Positions 33,501 to 47,672 are shown, counted from the first letter of the whole stretch. The stretch: DNA of 62,604 nt, filler included, from Vannella sp. (GCA_023345925.1; 7 parts of 7 records of this genome joined end to end with filler, not necessarily neighbours in it); one strand, 5' to 3'. The notes: generated by a model from the letters alone, not told the origin. A program made the numbers and translations.

Positions 33501-35267
33501 CTCTCCATCGGTACTCAGCAACCCCAAAAAGACACTAAGATAACCTAATAATTCCTGAGTTACACGCTGGGAAACAGTTGGGATGGAAGTGAGTTTGAAC
33601 AGAATAGCCAACACTCTGGGGCGCAAGGCAGAATTGCTAGAACGGAGGATTGCAACTAATCGGTCAACTCCACCGATACTGACAATGTACTCGCAATAGT
33701 TCTGCGCATTTTCACCCCGGAGTAGGAAACCTGATAGGCATCCTACGATGCCAGCTACCGTTCCATAAGTATCCGAATCAGCTGGATTGGAGCGTTCCAG
33801 AATCACTTTGAGTAGACCAGCTTGATGCAACTCTGTTTTGAATGGAGTTTCGATTACAAAAGGCAGAATCAACAGAGCGTTATTCAGCGCAAAGCTGCTG
33901 TGTGACAGGAGCAAAGTTGAAAACATGGATGTACTTGTCTGTGAGCCCCTTTGCACGATGGAGGGAAAGTCAGGCTGATTCGAGGAAGACGCGAAAATCT
34001 GGGAGACCAGTTCGCAAATAGAAGGATCCTTGTCGACCATGCAATTGCAAAGATCCAGGTAAAGCTGATCAAAGAGTTGAATCAAGTTGGAATCTCTGAA
34101 GTTCCGAATGATCTTACAAGCCTCTAACATCAAGAGAGGATCAGGAGAGCGCAGAAACGGCGCAACTCGCCCGAAAAGATTCTGACTTGTGGTTAAAGAG
34201 AAGATATTGGCGTTTTTGTCTATCACCATGGATAAAACTTGCATGCAATCCCTTCGCGTGTCTTCTCTCTCAATTCCAGTTGTGATGACAGTCTCAAAGA
34301 AAGATTGAGATCCGATAACTTCCCTGTAAAGAGGATTTTTGGCTGTGAGATCGAGAAGCTCTTGAGCAGCACTCTTTCGGAGCGCTTCTCGCTGGTCGAG
34401 AAGGCAAGGATATACTCGATTGATGCATACGCCGTCTGAGAGATTGAAGTGTTTGTTACATTCTTGGCACACCTTCCCATTGCCTCTTGGTATCTTGCAA
34501 CATTTGGAACAAAGAGGCAACGAGCAGCAAGAGCAATCGATTCTACGAGTGAACATGGACTTGGAAATCTGCTTAGCGCACTTGGTGCACTGCTGGAAGC
34601 TTCCGGGAAACTTGAATTCTGGGGCACTCAAGCTCAATCGCAGTGGAACTTGAGTAAAGATGCTTCTTTGCTCTGGCTGGCCAGTGAATGACTGATAACT
34701 TGAAAGGACTTCATCTGAAGCCAGGGTGCCAGCGGATTGTACCGGAGGGTCACTTGGCGTAGACGCAGGAACCTTAGAGAGAGAGTATTTCCCAAAGACC
34801 TCCATTCTGTTGGGAAACGGTCCACTTGACTGTGGGCTTCCGTTCAAAGGAGAGGAAGGCAAATCCCCACTCGGGCCATTTGGGATATCCCTCTGCATAG
34901 AGATCGGAGAATGTGTGACGCCCAGTTCTGGCGTGAGAAGCTGGGGATAATAAGCAGACTCACTACCAGCAGGACTGGACACTGAGGCAGAATCGAAGGC
35001 GTTTCCACTCGGGCCATTCAAGGGACTGTTCTGGGCCAATGCTGTGGAGGGTTCTCTGCCCTGGCTGTTGGAAGAGCTCTTTTGCAAGGATATTGGAGTT
35101 CTTGGGATCTGATCCGGAAATGAATGAACCCCAATGCTGCTTTGCTGGGGACTGATCTGCGACGGGACAGGTGCATTCTGAGAAGGAATCAAGGGACCGT
35201 TCAGTTGACTACCGTAAGCAAGCTGTGCGTTGGTCAAAGCGGGGCTGGAGGACATTTGAGGTTGGCC
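30534..35267 (-). CDS. Large FYVE-like zinc finger plus armadillo-repeat protein (5' end probably in gap)
   Basis: CTKC...RRIDCSCC...LCSKCC...VCQEC followed by more than 1200 aa of ARM-like repeats (GGIPRLVNFL, GALPILFQLL); probable short intron near 30652-30700. Confidence 0.8.
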   Translation of the reverse strand, partial: GQPQMSSSPALTNAQLAYGSQLNGPLIPSQNAPVPSQISPQQSSIGVHSFPDQIPRTPISLQKSSSNSQGREPSTALAQNSPLNGPSGNAFDSASVSSPAGSESAYYPQLLTPELGVTHSPISMQRDIPNGPSGDLPSSPLNGSPQSSGPFPNRMEVFGKYSLSKVPASTPSDPPVQSAGTLASDEVLSSYQSFTGQPEQRSIFTQVPLRLSLSAPEFKFPGSFQQCTKCAKQISKSMFTRRIDCSCCSLPLCSKCCKIPRGNGKVCQECNKHFNLSDGVCINRVYPCLLDQREALRKSAAQELLDLTAKNPLYREVIGSQSFFETVITTGIEREDTRRDCMQVLSMVIDKNANIFSLTTSQNLFGRVAPFLRSPDPLLMLEACKIIRNFRDSNLIQLFDQLYLDLCNCMVDKDPSICELVSQIFASSSNQPDFPSIVQRGSQTSTSMFSTLLLSHSSFALNNALLILPFVIETPFKTELHQAGLLKVILERSNPADSDTYGTVAGIVGCLSGFLLRGENAQNYCEYIVSIGGVDRLVAILRSSNSALRPRVLAILFKLTSIPTVSQRVTQELLGYLSVFLGLLSTDGEEVIDYCLSLILSVSPNEEAIPLMREKGGIGHVALILSSSSGTHKQKALCILSNVIHKNTDNAKELVSSHNFVHVSQLLNSSDLLLQGAALSLLVALSEMPSLLMGYLSGDFIQAILGLLCNSRASVMESTLTVLLRLFECDNSFIEMVMAGRDIGFLMSSISSEHVPIRLLSLQVLGRITSQEVYVRQFSFEPCIVLVSSLLSDENAEIRLAAGSSATAILRGVPALCASLNHSSFLPNLVQLLQSQYIRNVENSSEILSYVAEIPACREYLIQLGVVRQLFTILENEIILGNATVVRFAVDILNSIIHEPGLIQSIIAIGGIPRLVNFLKGPVKTSQLGAATMLGSISSVQESWAAIIEAGALPILFQLLSADQSSLRKQVCLTLSNLSPSCKLGSLAESKEMLQKLIEQTESEDLEIRKAGAILVSNVCLEEETWQSALTIGGIALLLKLASWASDKAQIRAAEELAKIASESQGRDLVIESDGLTSLIQIVLASSNHEVRVKGLAVLTLLSSNLECGLSVIQLGGLDSAVRFLAPQESSVSQEGAATIVANLSENASHLSLIAERGVVSLLIALMESGTHSTLLQQEVNRALSNLINEQKNALDMFRYSQSLKYFAHFLSEADSNASFMLSAAVALEHLGSIGSINESLQSDQQLPESLAQLLSSSDQKVHSIAAHLLTKLCQPSSPLFAKVVQPALNLMKSIPKDSELLEPLLKSCHLLSNSRRLRKSFVDASAIDVCALFLNNSPALQALALHCLANFLLDAEGRQILEKKPQILKEVFQSLPNGPPENILLPLLRFTKNCALTSALRQKALELGIIEHLVALLPDTSAVIQNLILDVFRNLLVDSGCREKLCQSEGIQSVFGLLQLSPMDDGLLGRAAILFHNLSFDEGCIDTLRECGVISFFIKRLQNDEASISSSLTALINFMCSGALTSSSLIISPSHSPLDASSLTVSQALSAINLDRFLNSSNPVISLLANQLEDMQ

Positions 35268-35367
35268 NNNNNNNNNNNNNNNNNNNNNNNNNNNNNNNNN
35301 NNNNNNNNNNNTTAATTAATTAANNNNNNNNNNNNNNNNNNNNNNNNNNNNNNNNNNNNNNNNNNNN
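35268..35367. other. Artificial contig spacer
   Basis: Same linker. Confidence 0.98.
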
Positions 35368-36480
35368 GCAACGTTGAGACGTTGATGTCGTTGCTGGCGA
35401 CGATGGGGAAGTCCTTGAAGTACTCCACCCCAAGCTTCTCTCCGTACTCAACAAACAACTTCCTCGCACTGTTGGACAGGTAAGCGAGATCTCCAGAGTC
35501 CAAGCGGATGCCAGTTGCTCGGTAGCCGAGTTTGTGAAGTGCATAGGCAACAGTGATGTAGTTAAGAACACCACTGCTTATCGTGTCGTATGTATCGACC
35601 AGCAGTAAAGTATTCTTTGGGAAGGAACGAGCGAAGGCAGTGAAGGCGATCAGCTCGCTCAGGTTAGTCTTCAGGAAACCACCTCCTAGCTCCTTTCTAG
35701 TCTCTATAACTAGAGCCCAGAAGTCGTCAACTCGGTTACCTGCGCTATCCACGATTGAGGGATCTCGCAGCTTCTCCTCGTTACCAAAGGAAGACACAAA
35801 CGCATGTGCGTGAGTTCCCAGGATGGGGATATCAAAGAGCTTTCCAGCCAGCACATTGGAAGTTCCATCGAAACCTCCTAGGAAGGCGTATCGTGAGGCA
35901 GAAACCGCTCCATCAGGTCCTTGAGCTCGACGGAGTCCAAACTCAATCAGGGTCTTACCCTTACCGGCAGCATAGCGATGATGTGAAGCGTTTGTGGCTA
36001 CAAGAGATGCAAAGTTGATCAGATTGAGCAAAGCTGTCTCCAGCAGCTGCACAATCACTACTGGACCTTCCAATCGCAACAAAGGAGTAAGAGGGAACAC
36101 CAGCGAGCCTTCATCAACAGCATAGACCTTCACCTTGGAAGAGTTGATCTTTGACAAGTACTCAAAGAACTCCTCTGAGCAGTCAGGAAGCTGACTGCGA
36201 AGGTATGCGATCTCGTCCTCCTTGAAGCAGAACGTCTCGATATGGCGTATCTATTGCACAGTAAGTAGGCATTAGAGATCACTTGCGCATTCCAGGAACT
36301 TACACACTCCTCCAGTCCACCAAAGATGACATACTCGCCACCAAACGGGTTCTTGCGAAAGAAGAGATCGAACACAGCAGTCTCCTCATGCTTATCGTTC
36401 TTGAAGTAACCATAGGACATGGTGATTTGGTACAGGTCCGTCAAAAGAGCACAAACCAGGTTGTTAGTTGGTGCTTGCAT
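35368..36480 (-). CDS. NAPRT: Nicotinate phosphoribosyltransferase, 5' part
   Basis: [48 protein letters not shown] and ASNDI motifs; one intron; truncated by the gap. Confidence 0.95.
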
Positions 36481-36557
36481 CGCTAACAGGACCAAATAGA
36501 AATGAGGGAAGCAACTAGCAACTCTGATTTTAAGCAATTCTAACATTTTAGTTCCCC

Positions 36558-37026
36558 ATGCAAGATGGCAACTTCCCCCTTCCACAGGGGATCCGACCTT
36601 CTGGGTTTGGGGGAGTACAAGGCGGATTGATGCCTGGATCGTCTCGGGTGGGATTGATTCCCATGATGGGAGGGAGTGTGTTGCATCAAAGCAACTTCCA
36701 CACCCCGTTCTTGTCTGCAGTTGACGCTCGTTCGCGACTTGATGCGATTATCGCCTTGGATACAGCAGAGGAATCAGCTTCTCCCCCAGGACCGTTAGGT
36801 TAGATCATTACGAGTTCCATTGCTTTGCTAACATTGGACATCAGGCCCCGCTGCCTCCAAACTGCGGGACGAAGCCGTACAAACGGTCGCCACCGTTGAC
36901 CAACTCTGCCGTTCTTCCCACGACAACCGAACCGAAGAACACATCCTCCTCCTCAAGCTTGAACGGTATCAAGAGCGCAAGTCTACCCAGGACAAAGCCT
37001 CCACACCTGGAGGGCCATCACTTTGA
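36558..37026 (+). CDS. Small protein with a GLTSCR1/BICRA-like domain (1 intron)
   Basis: [15 protein letters not shown] resembles the TPFxSxxDAxxRL core; the second exon has [11 protein letters not shown]. Confidence 0.45.
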
Positions 37027-37129
37027 ACACTCCCCTGTTAAATAGCCTCTTATTTAGTCAAAACATAGAGCTGGCGGCATTGGGGACGCTGGAGAGGGCT
37101 GAAAGGGCATTTCCCCTTGGCGTGCCGCT

Positions 37130-40579
<3,450 letters not shown>

Positions 40580-40665
40580 GGCAACCAAAATGTATCAGCC
40601 AATCGCTGACGGGGGTGTAACCAGGAACCAAGCTTTCCATTTCTTCCTTTCCCAGTTCCCTTGTC

Positions 40666-42009
40666 ATGTACGAGGGAAGAGGCTTTCGCCGAAGACTGGG
40701 TAAAGGTCTTATGGAAGACTTGAGCAACCCCCAAAAACCCTTGGAGGGGACCGCTTCGTCGCTTTCTCGCAGTCCGCTCAGACGTAGTGCGGAGCTTGAA
40801 GACGATGAGAAGCTCAAAGAGCTTCGAACTTGTCTCAATCATCGCTACCGTATGCTCATGGAACCTGGTGATGCCCACTTCTTCACTGGAGAACTGCGTG
40901 GCCTCGCTCTTCTGTCAACAACATTTGGCGACCGAGTTGTGACCGACAAGATCGTTGCAAAGCTCTTTGCGATGAACGGGTCTAAGGCTTCATTGAAAGC
41001 TGACGTCTTGAACCTGCTCAGCTCTCGCTCCATCTCCCTAGTTGGCCATCCCATCTACTTCTTTGGCGAGACACTGCGCCAGACGATAGGCAACTGGAGC
41101 TTCAACTTGCTGATGGGTTATCACGACCATGGCGAGGAACAGACCGATCCCAAAAGAATGCGGAGCGCAAGGGGCCATTCAGGCGATGGAGACCTCATCC
41201 TCCCAAATGCTGCTCTGAGCTATTCTTCGATTCTTCCTCCCGATCAAGTACTACACCAACTTATCACGAGGGGAGAAGAGATTTGCAGGGAGGATCCTGG
41301 AGAGTTCAACAAAGAGATCGAATACGTCGTATTTGCGGCGTTGAGCCAATTCGCGCTTCAAGACAAGAATATCGCCAGCATGATGCTCCATTGTGTTCGC
41401 GAAGAGTCGCCTATCCTTGCTACACGCCCCTTGCGGTTCCAAACAGCATTTGTTGGAGCCATGTCATGTTTGGGTGAGATTCTATCGCTTGATGAGATCC
41501 AACAGATAATTTACGTCGATCCAACGCTACGACTGAGCTCGAATCAAGGGCTCCTGCAACCTTTGGAGCGCGAAGTTTACAGACGAGTGGTTGAGCGGCG
41601 CATGCGAAAGCTCACCGGACCACTCACTCCCCTGCCAACTGCCGAGAATTTGGAGGTGCTTCTCAGAGCAGGACCGCTTGACTGTTCATTGTTTATCTCT
41701 TGGTTTGTTGAGCAAAGGTCTTCTCTTGCTGATTACCCGCTTCTTCAGAGCGAAGAAGGGAACTGGAGCACTCTCCGAAAGTACTTCTCTGATGTGCAAC
41801 ATCTTTTCCAACTTGCCAGCGAGTCATTCCAATCACTCCGGTGCAGTGTCCGCGTGGTCAGAACTTGTACGTCTGTTCCGAAAGACCCATTTGTGGAGGC
41901 TTGGAAGATTTTCGAAATGCCAAACGCTTTCGAGACTCTTTTGGAGTTGGATGCTGAGATTGACACTCGGGAAGAGCAAGCACGACATCTTAGCTTGGTT
42001 ACCGGGAAG
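40666..42009 (+). CDS. Hypothetical protein, 3' truncated
   Basis: ORF of more than 440 aa running into the gap; no family recognised. Confidence 0.6.
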
Positions 42010-42109
42010 NNNNNNNNNNNNNNNNNNNNNNNNNNNNNNNNNNNNNNNNNNNNTTAATTAATTAANNNNNNNNNNNNNNNNNNNNNNNNNNNNNNNNNNN
42101 NNNNNNNNN
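42010..42109. other. Artificial contig spacer
   Basis: Same linker. Confidence 0.98.
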
Positions 42110-43235
42110 TGGCACCATACGGACTCACCGGCGACATGATCCTCGCGTGTTCTCCTGTTATTGGAAGGAAGCGAGCGCTCTTCTTATTGCTGCGGATGAA
42201 TGAATGAGGGAGACCAGGTTGGACAGGACAAAGCGTGGGGGCGGCTAGACCAGTCGTGTGGTCGATTCCGAGTTCTCCGCAGTTGGTTCTTCCGAAGACC
42301 AGCAAGCCGCCTTCCTGTGGGAACGCCAAAGAATGGTGTCCTCCCGCCACCACGGCGCTGATTTCTGTCAACAAAGGAATCAGAGTGGGGAGCCTTTGAT
42401 GGTCCTTTCCGACCGTTCCCAATTGCCCATCATAACCGCATCCCCAGGTCCAGACTCCGCCGTTCTCATCCAGACAGAGAGTGTGAGATTGTCCACAGGA
42501 GACCGCAAGCATGGGAGGGATGTTGTTGATTTGCTGAAGCGTCTTATGATCTCCAGAAGAGCGCCCCAGTTGGCCATAGATGTTGATCCCAGAAGAGAAG
42601 ACGCCTCCTTGCGAGTCGATCAGGATCACTCCATTCATATGCGCAGCCAGGCTTCGAAGAGGTCCTTTGGAGACACCTTCCAACTGGACAAGGGTCGGTT
42701 GGAGGGCATCGATGGTGTGGCCGAGGCCCAGTTGCCCTACAGAGTTCTCGCCCAACACCCAGAGGCCTTCTTCGGCCTCTGCCACGAGAAACTTGTTGCC
42801 GCAAGCTACTTTGATGAGTGGAGGGAGGCCTTCTACTCGTTGAGGGAGAGGAGTTGCCCAATTGAGATCGGCGCCGTTCGTCCACACCCAAAGGCCGCCT
42901 TCGCTGTCGATGGTAGCGCTGTGAGAGTAGCCAGCAGCCACTAAAGTGATGCAAGGTAGCTCTGTAATTCGACGAAAAGTGAGAGAGCAAGCAGAGGACC
43001 GGGAGAGACCAGCCTCCCACACACCGCCCTCCTCATCAAGAACGAGAGAGTGTTCCCATCCCCAGTCCACCTGAACCGGCTGCGGGCCATTCCAGGGGAC
43101 CACCGCTGGTTGCCATTTGGATTCCTTGTGACCGAGACCGAGTTGGCCCTTGTTGTTGTTTCCAAAAGCGAAAAGGCCCCCTTCAAGGGAGAAGAGGATC
43201 GTGTGGCTGCCAAACGGCATTCCAATGAATGGCAA
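42110..43235 (-). CDS. RCC1-like repeat (beta-propeller) protein, intronless
   Basis: Repeated GxNxxGQLGLG and VAAGxxHS motifs; no stop before the contig end. Confidence 0.92.
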
Positions 43236-43430
43236 AGAAAGAAATTAAAGCTGTCTGAAACAATGGGGAAAAAGGGCTTATATCTTACGTTTTTGTGTAA
43301 CCGGTTCCACAAAAACCGGTTCGTCGATCGTGATTATGATGTAATTATGAGTATTCGGCTCTTTCTGTTTCTGATTGGCTTCAGGAGGACGAAAAGAAGC
43401 TCACAATCTGTTGGGTGAGCGAAGATCGCC

Positions 43431-44648
43431 ATGACGGGCGGCTTTCATCGTCTGAGAGCGGAGCACAAGCAGTATGATTGGGGGCGGGAAGGAGCTGACA
43501 GTCTGGTTTATCAGTTGCAAAGAAGTGGAGGACTGTTTATGGAGGAGGACTTGCCAGAGGGTGGACGATACAGCGAGCTTTGGATGGGAACGCACACAAG
43601 TGGTCCTTCCTTCTTGGCTGATGGCTCTGCTTCGCTTCAGCAGTACTTAGAGGACCAGCACTTACCTGGAGAGCTTCCTTATCTGTTTAAGGTACTCTCT
43701 ATTGACAAGCCGCTCTCTATTCAAGCCCATCCGGACGAGGAGCTCGCCCAGCAACTTCACCGGGACTTTCCCGATATCTACAAGGATCCTCATCACAAGC
43801 CCGAGCTAGCATGCGCTTTGACTCCCTTTGAGGCTCTCTGTGGCTTCAGGTCTGTGCCAGATGTCTTCCAGCTCCTCTTCTCCTTTGGGGAGGAGCTGGT
43901 TGACCTACTCGGGGGCAAAGTAGCGCTCTCCACCCTCAGAGAGAGTGGTATACCTGAAAGCCAGGTATTGAAGAGCCTCTTCTCCACTCTGATGCGGACA
44001 AGCAATGAGGTGGCTGCAGAGAAAGAGCAGGCGATGATCCAGCGGTTGGCCCGGCTCTCTCAAGAGGAGAACAGCTTCTGCAAGCTTCTAAGTACACTAG
44101 ATAGACACTTCCCAGGTGATGTTGGAGTCTTCTGTGCGTTCTTCCTGAACCACATCGTGCTGCAGCCCGGGGAAGCCATCTTTTTGGGTCCTAATGTGCC
44201 TCATGCGTACCTTTCAGGCAACTGTATCGAGTGCATGGCATGCTCTGACAATGTAGTTCGTGCTGGACTCACTCCAAAGCTTCGAGATGCCGATGTCCTT
44301 CTTAAAATGCTAGAGTATGAACCGAAGCAGTTTCCAATTACTTCTGGAGAGCGCGTTGATGAGTTTTGCTGGCGATTCCCAGTTCCTGTCAGTGAATTCT
44401 TACTCTACCGAGTGAGCCTTCCAGCAGGATATAACGGATTGTACCAGCTTCCCCGCCCTGTCCGCTCTTCAGAGATGATTCTGTTGTCAGTGACAGGTTC
44501 CAGCCGCTTGGTTGCTGAAGAATCTAATCAGAGCGAGCTCCTCCTTCCAGGCACTGTTTTCTTTGTTCCTTCTGAGTCGGCAGTTAAGATCAGCAAAGAC
44601 TCCAACGAAGAGTGCCAACTCTTTTACTGTCAATCGAATCTGGCTTAA
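43431..44648 (+). CDS. MPI: Mannose-6-phosphate isomerase, class I
   Basis: YDWG, ELWMGTH, LFKVLS, LSIQAHP, HKPE, PHAYL and SDNVVRAGLTPK motifs. Confidence 0.97.
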   Translation: MTGGFHRLRAEHKQYDWGREGADSLVYQLQRSGGLFMEEDLPEGGRYSELWMGTHTSGPSFLADGSASLQQYLEDQHLPGELPYLFKVLSIDKPLSIQAHPDEELAQQLHRDFPDIYKDPHHKPELACALTPFEALCGFRSVPDVFQLLFSFGEELVDLLGGKVALSTLRESGIPESQVLKSLFSTLMRTSNEVAAEKEQAMIQRLARLSQEENSFCKLLSTLDRHFPGDVGVFCAFFLNHIVLQPGEAIFLGPNVPHAYLSGNCIECMACSDNVVRAGLTPKLRDADVLLKMLEYEPKQFPITSGERVDEFCWRFPVPVSEFLLYRVSLPAGYNGLYQLPRPVRSSEMILLSVTGSSRLVAEESNQSELLLPGTVFFVPSESAVKISKDSNEECQLFYCQSNLA

Positions 44649-44725
44649 GGGAGAACGAATATAAGGCGAATCCAAGTCGGGTTTATGTTGCCAAACAAAC
44701 AAAAACCAACCAATCAAGCAAAATC

Positions 44726-45649
44726 TCACTGGGAAAGGTTTGGGGTTTCTGTGAGAGGGACAAGATCCGATTCGTTGCAGTACGCTTGAACTTCCTCTAG
44801 AGTGGGGACCAAAATGAATGCATTTGTGATCGACTTGCAGATGTGATCAGACCATTGTGGTTGGACAAATGTGGGCTCAGTTCCAACGGAAGGAATCAGG
44901 AATCGGCATTGGAGGGCCAGCACCCGAGAGTTCCACTCGCAAGACGGATACTCAACACCATGGCGAATGGTATGAGGAGTTCCCAGATAGATATCTCCCG
45001 GCTGCTGAGGGTGCAAAGTGTGCCCCTCTTCCATCTGAGAGAGATGGACCACCCGATGGCCCAAAAGCCCAATAGCCAGGTGCAAATAGCTATTCGGTCC
45101 ATCGCAGTGCCATCCAATCAAGTCCCCTGCGATGGCATCGCCCCAATGGAACTGAAACGCAACATCTCCCAGATGGTAGCCCTCCTCCACAAACCCACTG
45201 AAAGGGCTTTCTGCAAAGGCCTCTCGCATCCATAACGCATTCAGTTGTTTGAAGCAGTTCAGGAACGCTACAATCCGCACAGGCGCTCGATGCTTCTCCA
45301 TTTCAGTACCAAAGCGGGGGTTCATAGACTGAATGGGAAGAGGCGTTAGTAGGCCATGCGCGTATCCTTCGAAGTAGTGATGTGTGGGGACTAGAGGCTG
45401 ATCGACGGCGCGTTTTAGAGCCCAGTGCTGCGCGAATGCGGGCTCATCGCTCTCAAACGATCGAGAGTAAAGCTCTTCCCCTTGTAGTAACCAAGCTAAC
45501 AGCTCAGGACTCATTCTATCGAGCTGTCTGAAAGCCCCCTGCTCGTCCATCGGCCTCATGCGTCTCTTACGACTCTCGTCCTGTCTGGCCTCCATCCCAA
45601 TGTCGCCCAGAACTTCGCCCTGTGGTGCTGAAGACCACAGTGCTCCCAT
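44726..45649 (-). CDS. Putative 2OG-Fe(II)/cupin-fold oxygenase with an N-myristoylation motif
   Basis: WHCDG (HxD), PGDIYLG, IRHGVEY and LQCR; MGALWS N-terminus. Confidence 0.6.
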   Translation of the reverse strand: MGALWSSAPQGEVLGDIGMEARQDESRKRRMRPMDEQGAFRQLDRMSPELLAWLLQGEELYSRSFESDEPAFAQHWALKRAVDQPLVPTHHYFEGYAHGLLTPLPIQSMNPRFGTEMEKHRAPVRIVAFLNCFKQLNALWMREAFAESPFSGFVEEGYHLGDVAFQFHWGDAIAGDLIGWHCDGPNSYLHLAIGLLGHRVVHLSQMEEGHTLHPQQPGDIYLGTPHTIRHGVEYPSCEWNSRVLALQCRFLIPSVGTEPTFVQPQWSDHICKSITNAFILVPTLEEVQAYCNESDLVPLTETPNLSQ

Positions 45650-45879
45650 ACTGCTTGCTCACTATGACCATCTCTCAACAACAACTTGCTCTCGCTCTTC
45701 TCGAGCTTCCCCGTCGATGATTCTTGCCCATTCGCCGAACTGACTTGAGTCCTCCTTAAGTCCTTTCCTCGATCCCTGTTGGTCCATGCAAGTACAAAGT
45801 GGTTGGATGATACGTTGAGTGAGTAAGGGAGTAGGGCGAATGGGAGGAGAATGAGAGGAGAAAGTCATTTCTTGGGGCG

Positions 45880-47637
45880 ATGGAGTCGGTGGCGGAGTCG
45901 GGGACCAAACGGGCGGTGATGGAAGTGGGTGAGGACGTGGTAGAGATGGCTCCTGCTGCGAAGAAGGCTAGGTTTGCTCTTCCTCCAGAGGCAAGCCTTG
46001 ATGGGTCCACTTCCCTCTTCATTTTGGACTTTGGCCCAAAACATGCTTCACCCACCTCTTTTCCTCGCCAGCTAGCGCTCCAACCTCTCGCTCTTCCTCA
46101 GAATCATGAACCTCAGACAATCTATGACCTTACTGTGGAGGATCCTGCTCCTATTCCAGAGATCTCCAGCGATCCACCTGCCGAAAGCTCCTCTGATGCG
46201 GACTGGATCACTTCTGAGCTTGTGGAGCAGCTCATTGATCGTAAAGGGAAGATCATGATGTATGGTCAGAAGTGTAAGGTACCAATCCAGCTGGAGTATC
46301 GCGTGCGAGTGCGGATGGGAGACTCTCTCGTTGGGGAGCAATCTAACTCGGAAGATAACGCCTCCTGGCACTCCACTGTCAAGGAGGCAGAGCAAGCATC
46401 ATGTGGATCAATCCTGAAGCATCTACCAACACATGCAGAGGAGCATTCCCTCCCCAAACCCGTCTTAAACCAGCTTTTCCGCCCAGAAGAGCTCACATTA
46501 GCAACTAGCTCATCCCACGCGCATGAAACTGACATCTCACGAAACTCTGTATCTTCTTCTACCTTAGAAGTAGCATCCTACACTCTCGAGGACCCTCTAC
46601 TCGATGCCATACTGAAAGACGCGGGGAAGCCGTACCGTTTCAAGCCAGGAGAGGCCAAGGGGGACCTGCACAACCTCTTCAATAGAATGAATCTGCCTTG
46701 TCAGATCACTAGCAAACGAGAGCGCCGTGGTCAGCGCATAGAAGTGGTCTATGGAAAGAACCGAATCTTCTACACGAGGCACCAGCCTTCCCGGGACTGG
46801 AAGCAGTCCTCCGCAGACACTTGCAACCAAGCATTAGAGATCTTAAAGGCCTTGGCTGCCTTTGTACGCTCTCCAAACCACTTCCCGCTCCTGCGAACGG
46901 GCGTGGCAATGTCCCGTTCTTGTGATCCTCTTTTCACCAGATCTTTTCATTCCCTCGCGGAGGGGCTCTCTGCAGAGGCTCTCAGGGTGCTGATGAGAGA
47001 TATCCACATCTTATTGAATCAAGAAAGCCTGGGGAAGGTGTACATTGGCATCGACGAGGCTCTTCTCGTTCGCGGGCTCCTCAAAGAGGACGTGGAATCG
47101 ATCCTACAGACAGTTACCGCGCAGATGGCTCTTTGGAGACCTCGTCCGACCGAACAGGACTGCCAATGGAGGACTATTCCGGTGTACAGTCAAAGTGAGA
47201 TAGATATGGCGGACCATTGGGAGGATATCGCGGCCTTGCAGGCCAAGATGGACAAGTATGATCAAGAGAAAGTGGCGTGGGAGCCCTCCTCACTGATACC
47301 GCTAGCTTCTATGGCCAACCGGTTCGTCTTGGTCCTCCAAACTCTCCCTCGAAGCTCCCACACGAGGCGAAAGATCTTCCAAGTCCCTCCAGCGCCTCCC
47401 AATCCCATCCCATTGCATCCAAACGTGGTTGTACCTGCTACTAGCATCTCTGAGAAGAGTATCAACAGCAGCCCGCCCTCCTCGACACCAGAAGCTCTTC
47501 CAACCGCTCCCGCACTTCCCAACGACCCTCTCCCTCCCTCTGGTACAGAAGGAGAGGGTCCTCCTGCACCTCCTCTTTCACCCCACACACAAGAGGGCTC
47601 CCTGGCCCCTCTCCTGGCCCCAGAAGGGGCCAATTAA
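45880..47637 (+). CDS. Protein with two dsRBD-like domains and a Schlafen/AlbA_2-like domain
   Basis: YRVRVRM...KEAEQASC and AKGDLHNLF...KQSSADTCNQALEIL (dsRBD-like); ILLNQESLGKVYIGIDEALLVRGL...WRP...RTIPV...FVLVL (AlbA_2-like); basic NLS-like motif PAAKKAR. Confidence 0.62.
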   Translation: MESVAESGTKRAVMEVGEDVVEMAPAAKKARFALPPEASLDGSTSLFILDFGPKHASPTSFPRQLALQPLALPQNHEPQTIYDLTVEDPAPIPEISSDPPAESSSDADWITSELVEQLIDRKGKIMMYGQKCKVPIQLEYRVRVRMGDSLVGEQSNSEDNASWHSTVKEAEQASCGSILKHLPTHAEEHSLPKPVLNQLFRPEELTLATSSSHAHETDISRNSVSSSTLEVASYTLEDPLLDAILKDAGKPYRFKPGEAKGDLHNLFNRMNLPCQITSKRERRGQRIEVVYGKNRIFYTRHQPSRDWKQSSADTCNQALEILKALAAFVRSPNHFPLLRTGVAMSRSCDPLFTRSFHSLAEGLSAEALRVLMRDIHILLNQESLGKVYIGIDEALLVRGLLKEDVESILQTVTAQMALWRPRPTEQDCQWRTIPVYSQSEIDMADHWEDIAALQAKMDKYDQEKVAWEPSSLIPLASMANRFVLVLQTLPRSSHTRRKIFQVPPAPPNPIPLHPNVVVPATSISEKSINSSPPSSTPEALPTAPALPNDPLPPSGTEGEGPPAPPLSPHTQEGSLAPLLAPEGAN

Positions 47638-47672
47638 AGTCAAAACTTTCACTTTTTCGCGGCTCGGGGTGG

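Noticed and set aside
42258..43020. Long overlapping ORFs (228 aa antisense, 158 aa alternate frame) over the RCC1-like gene
   Set aside because: No recognisable motifs; expected shadows in GC-richer repetitive coding DNA.
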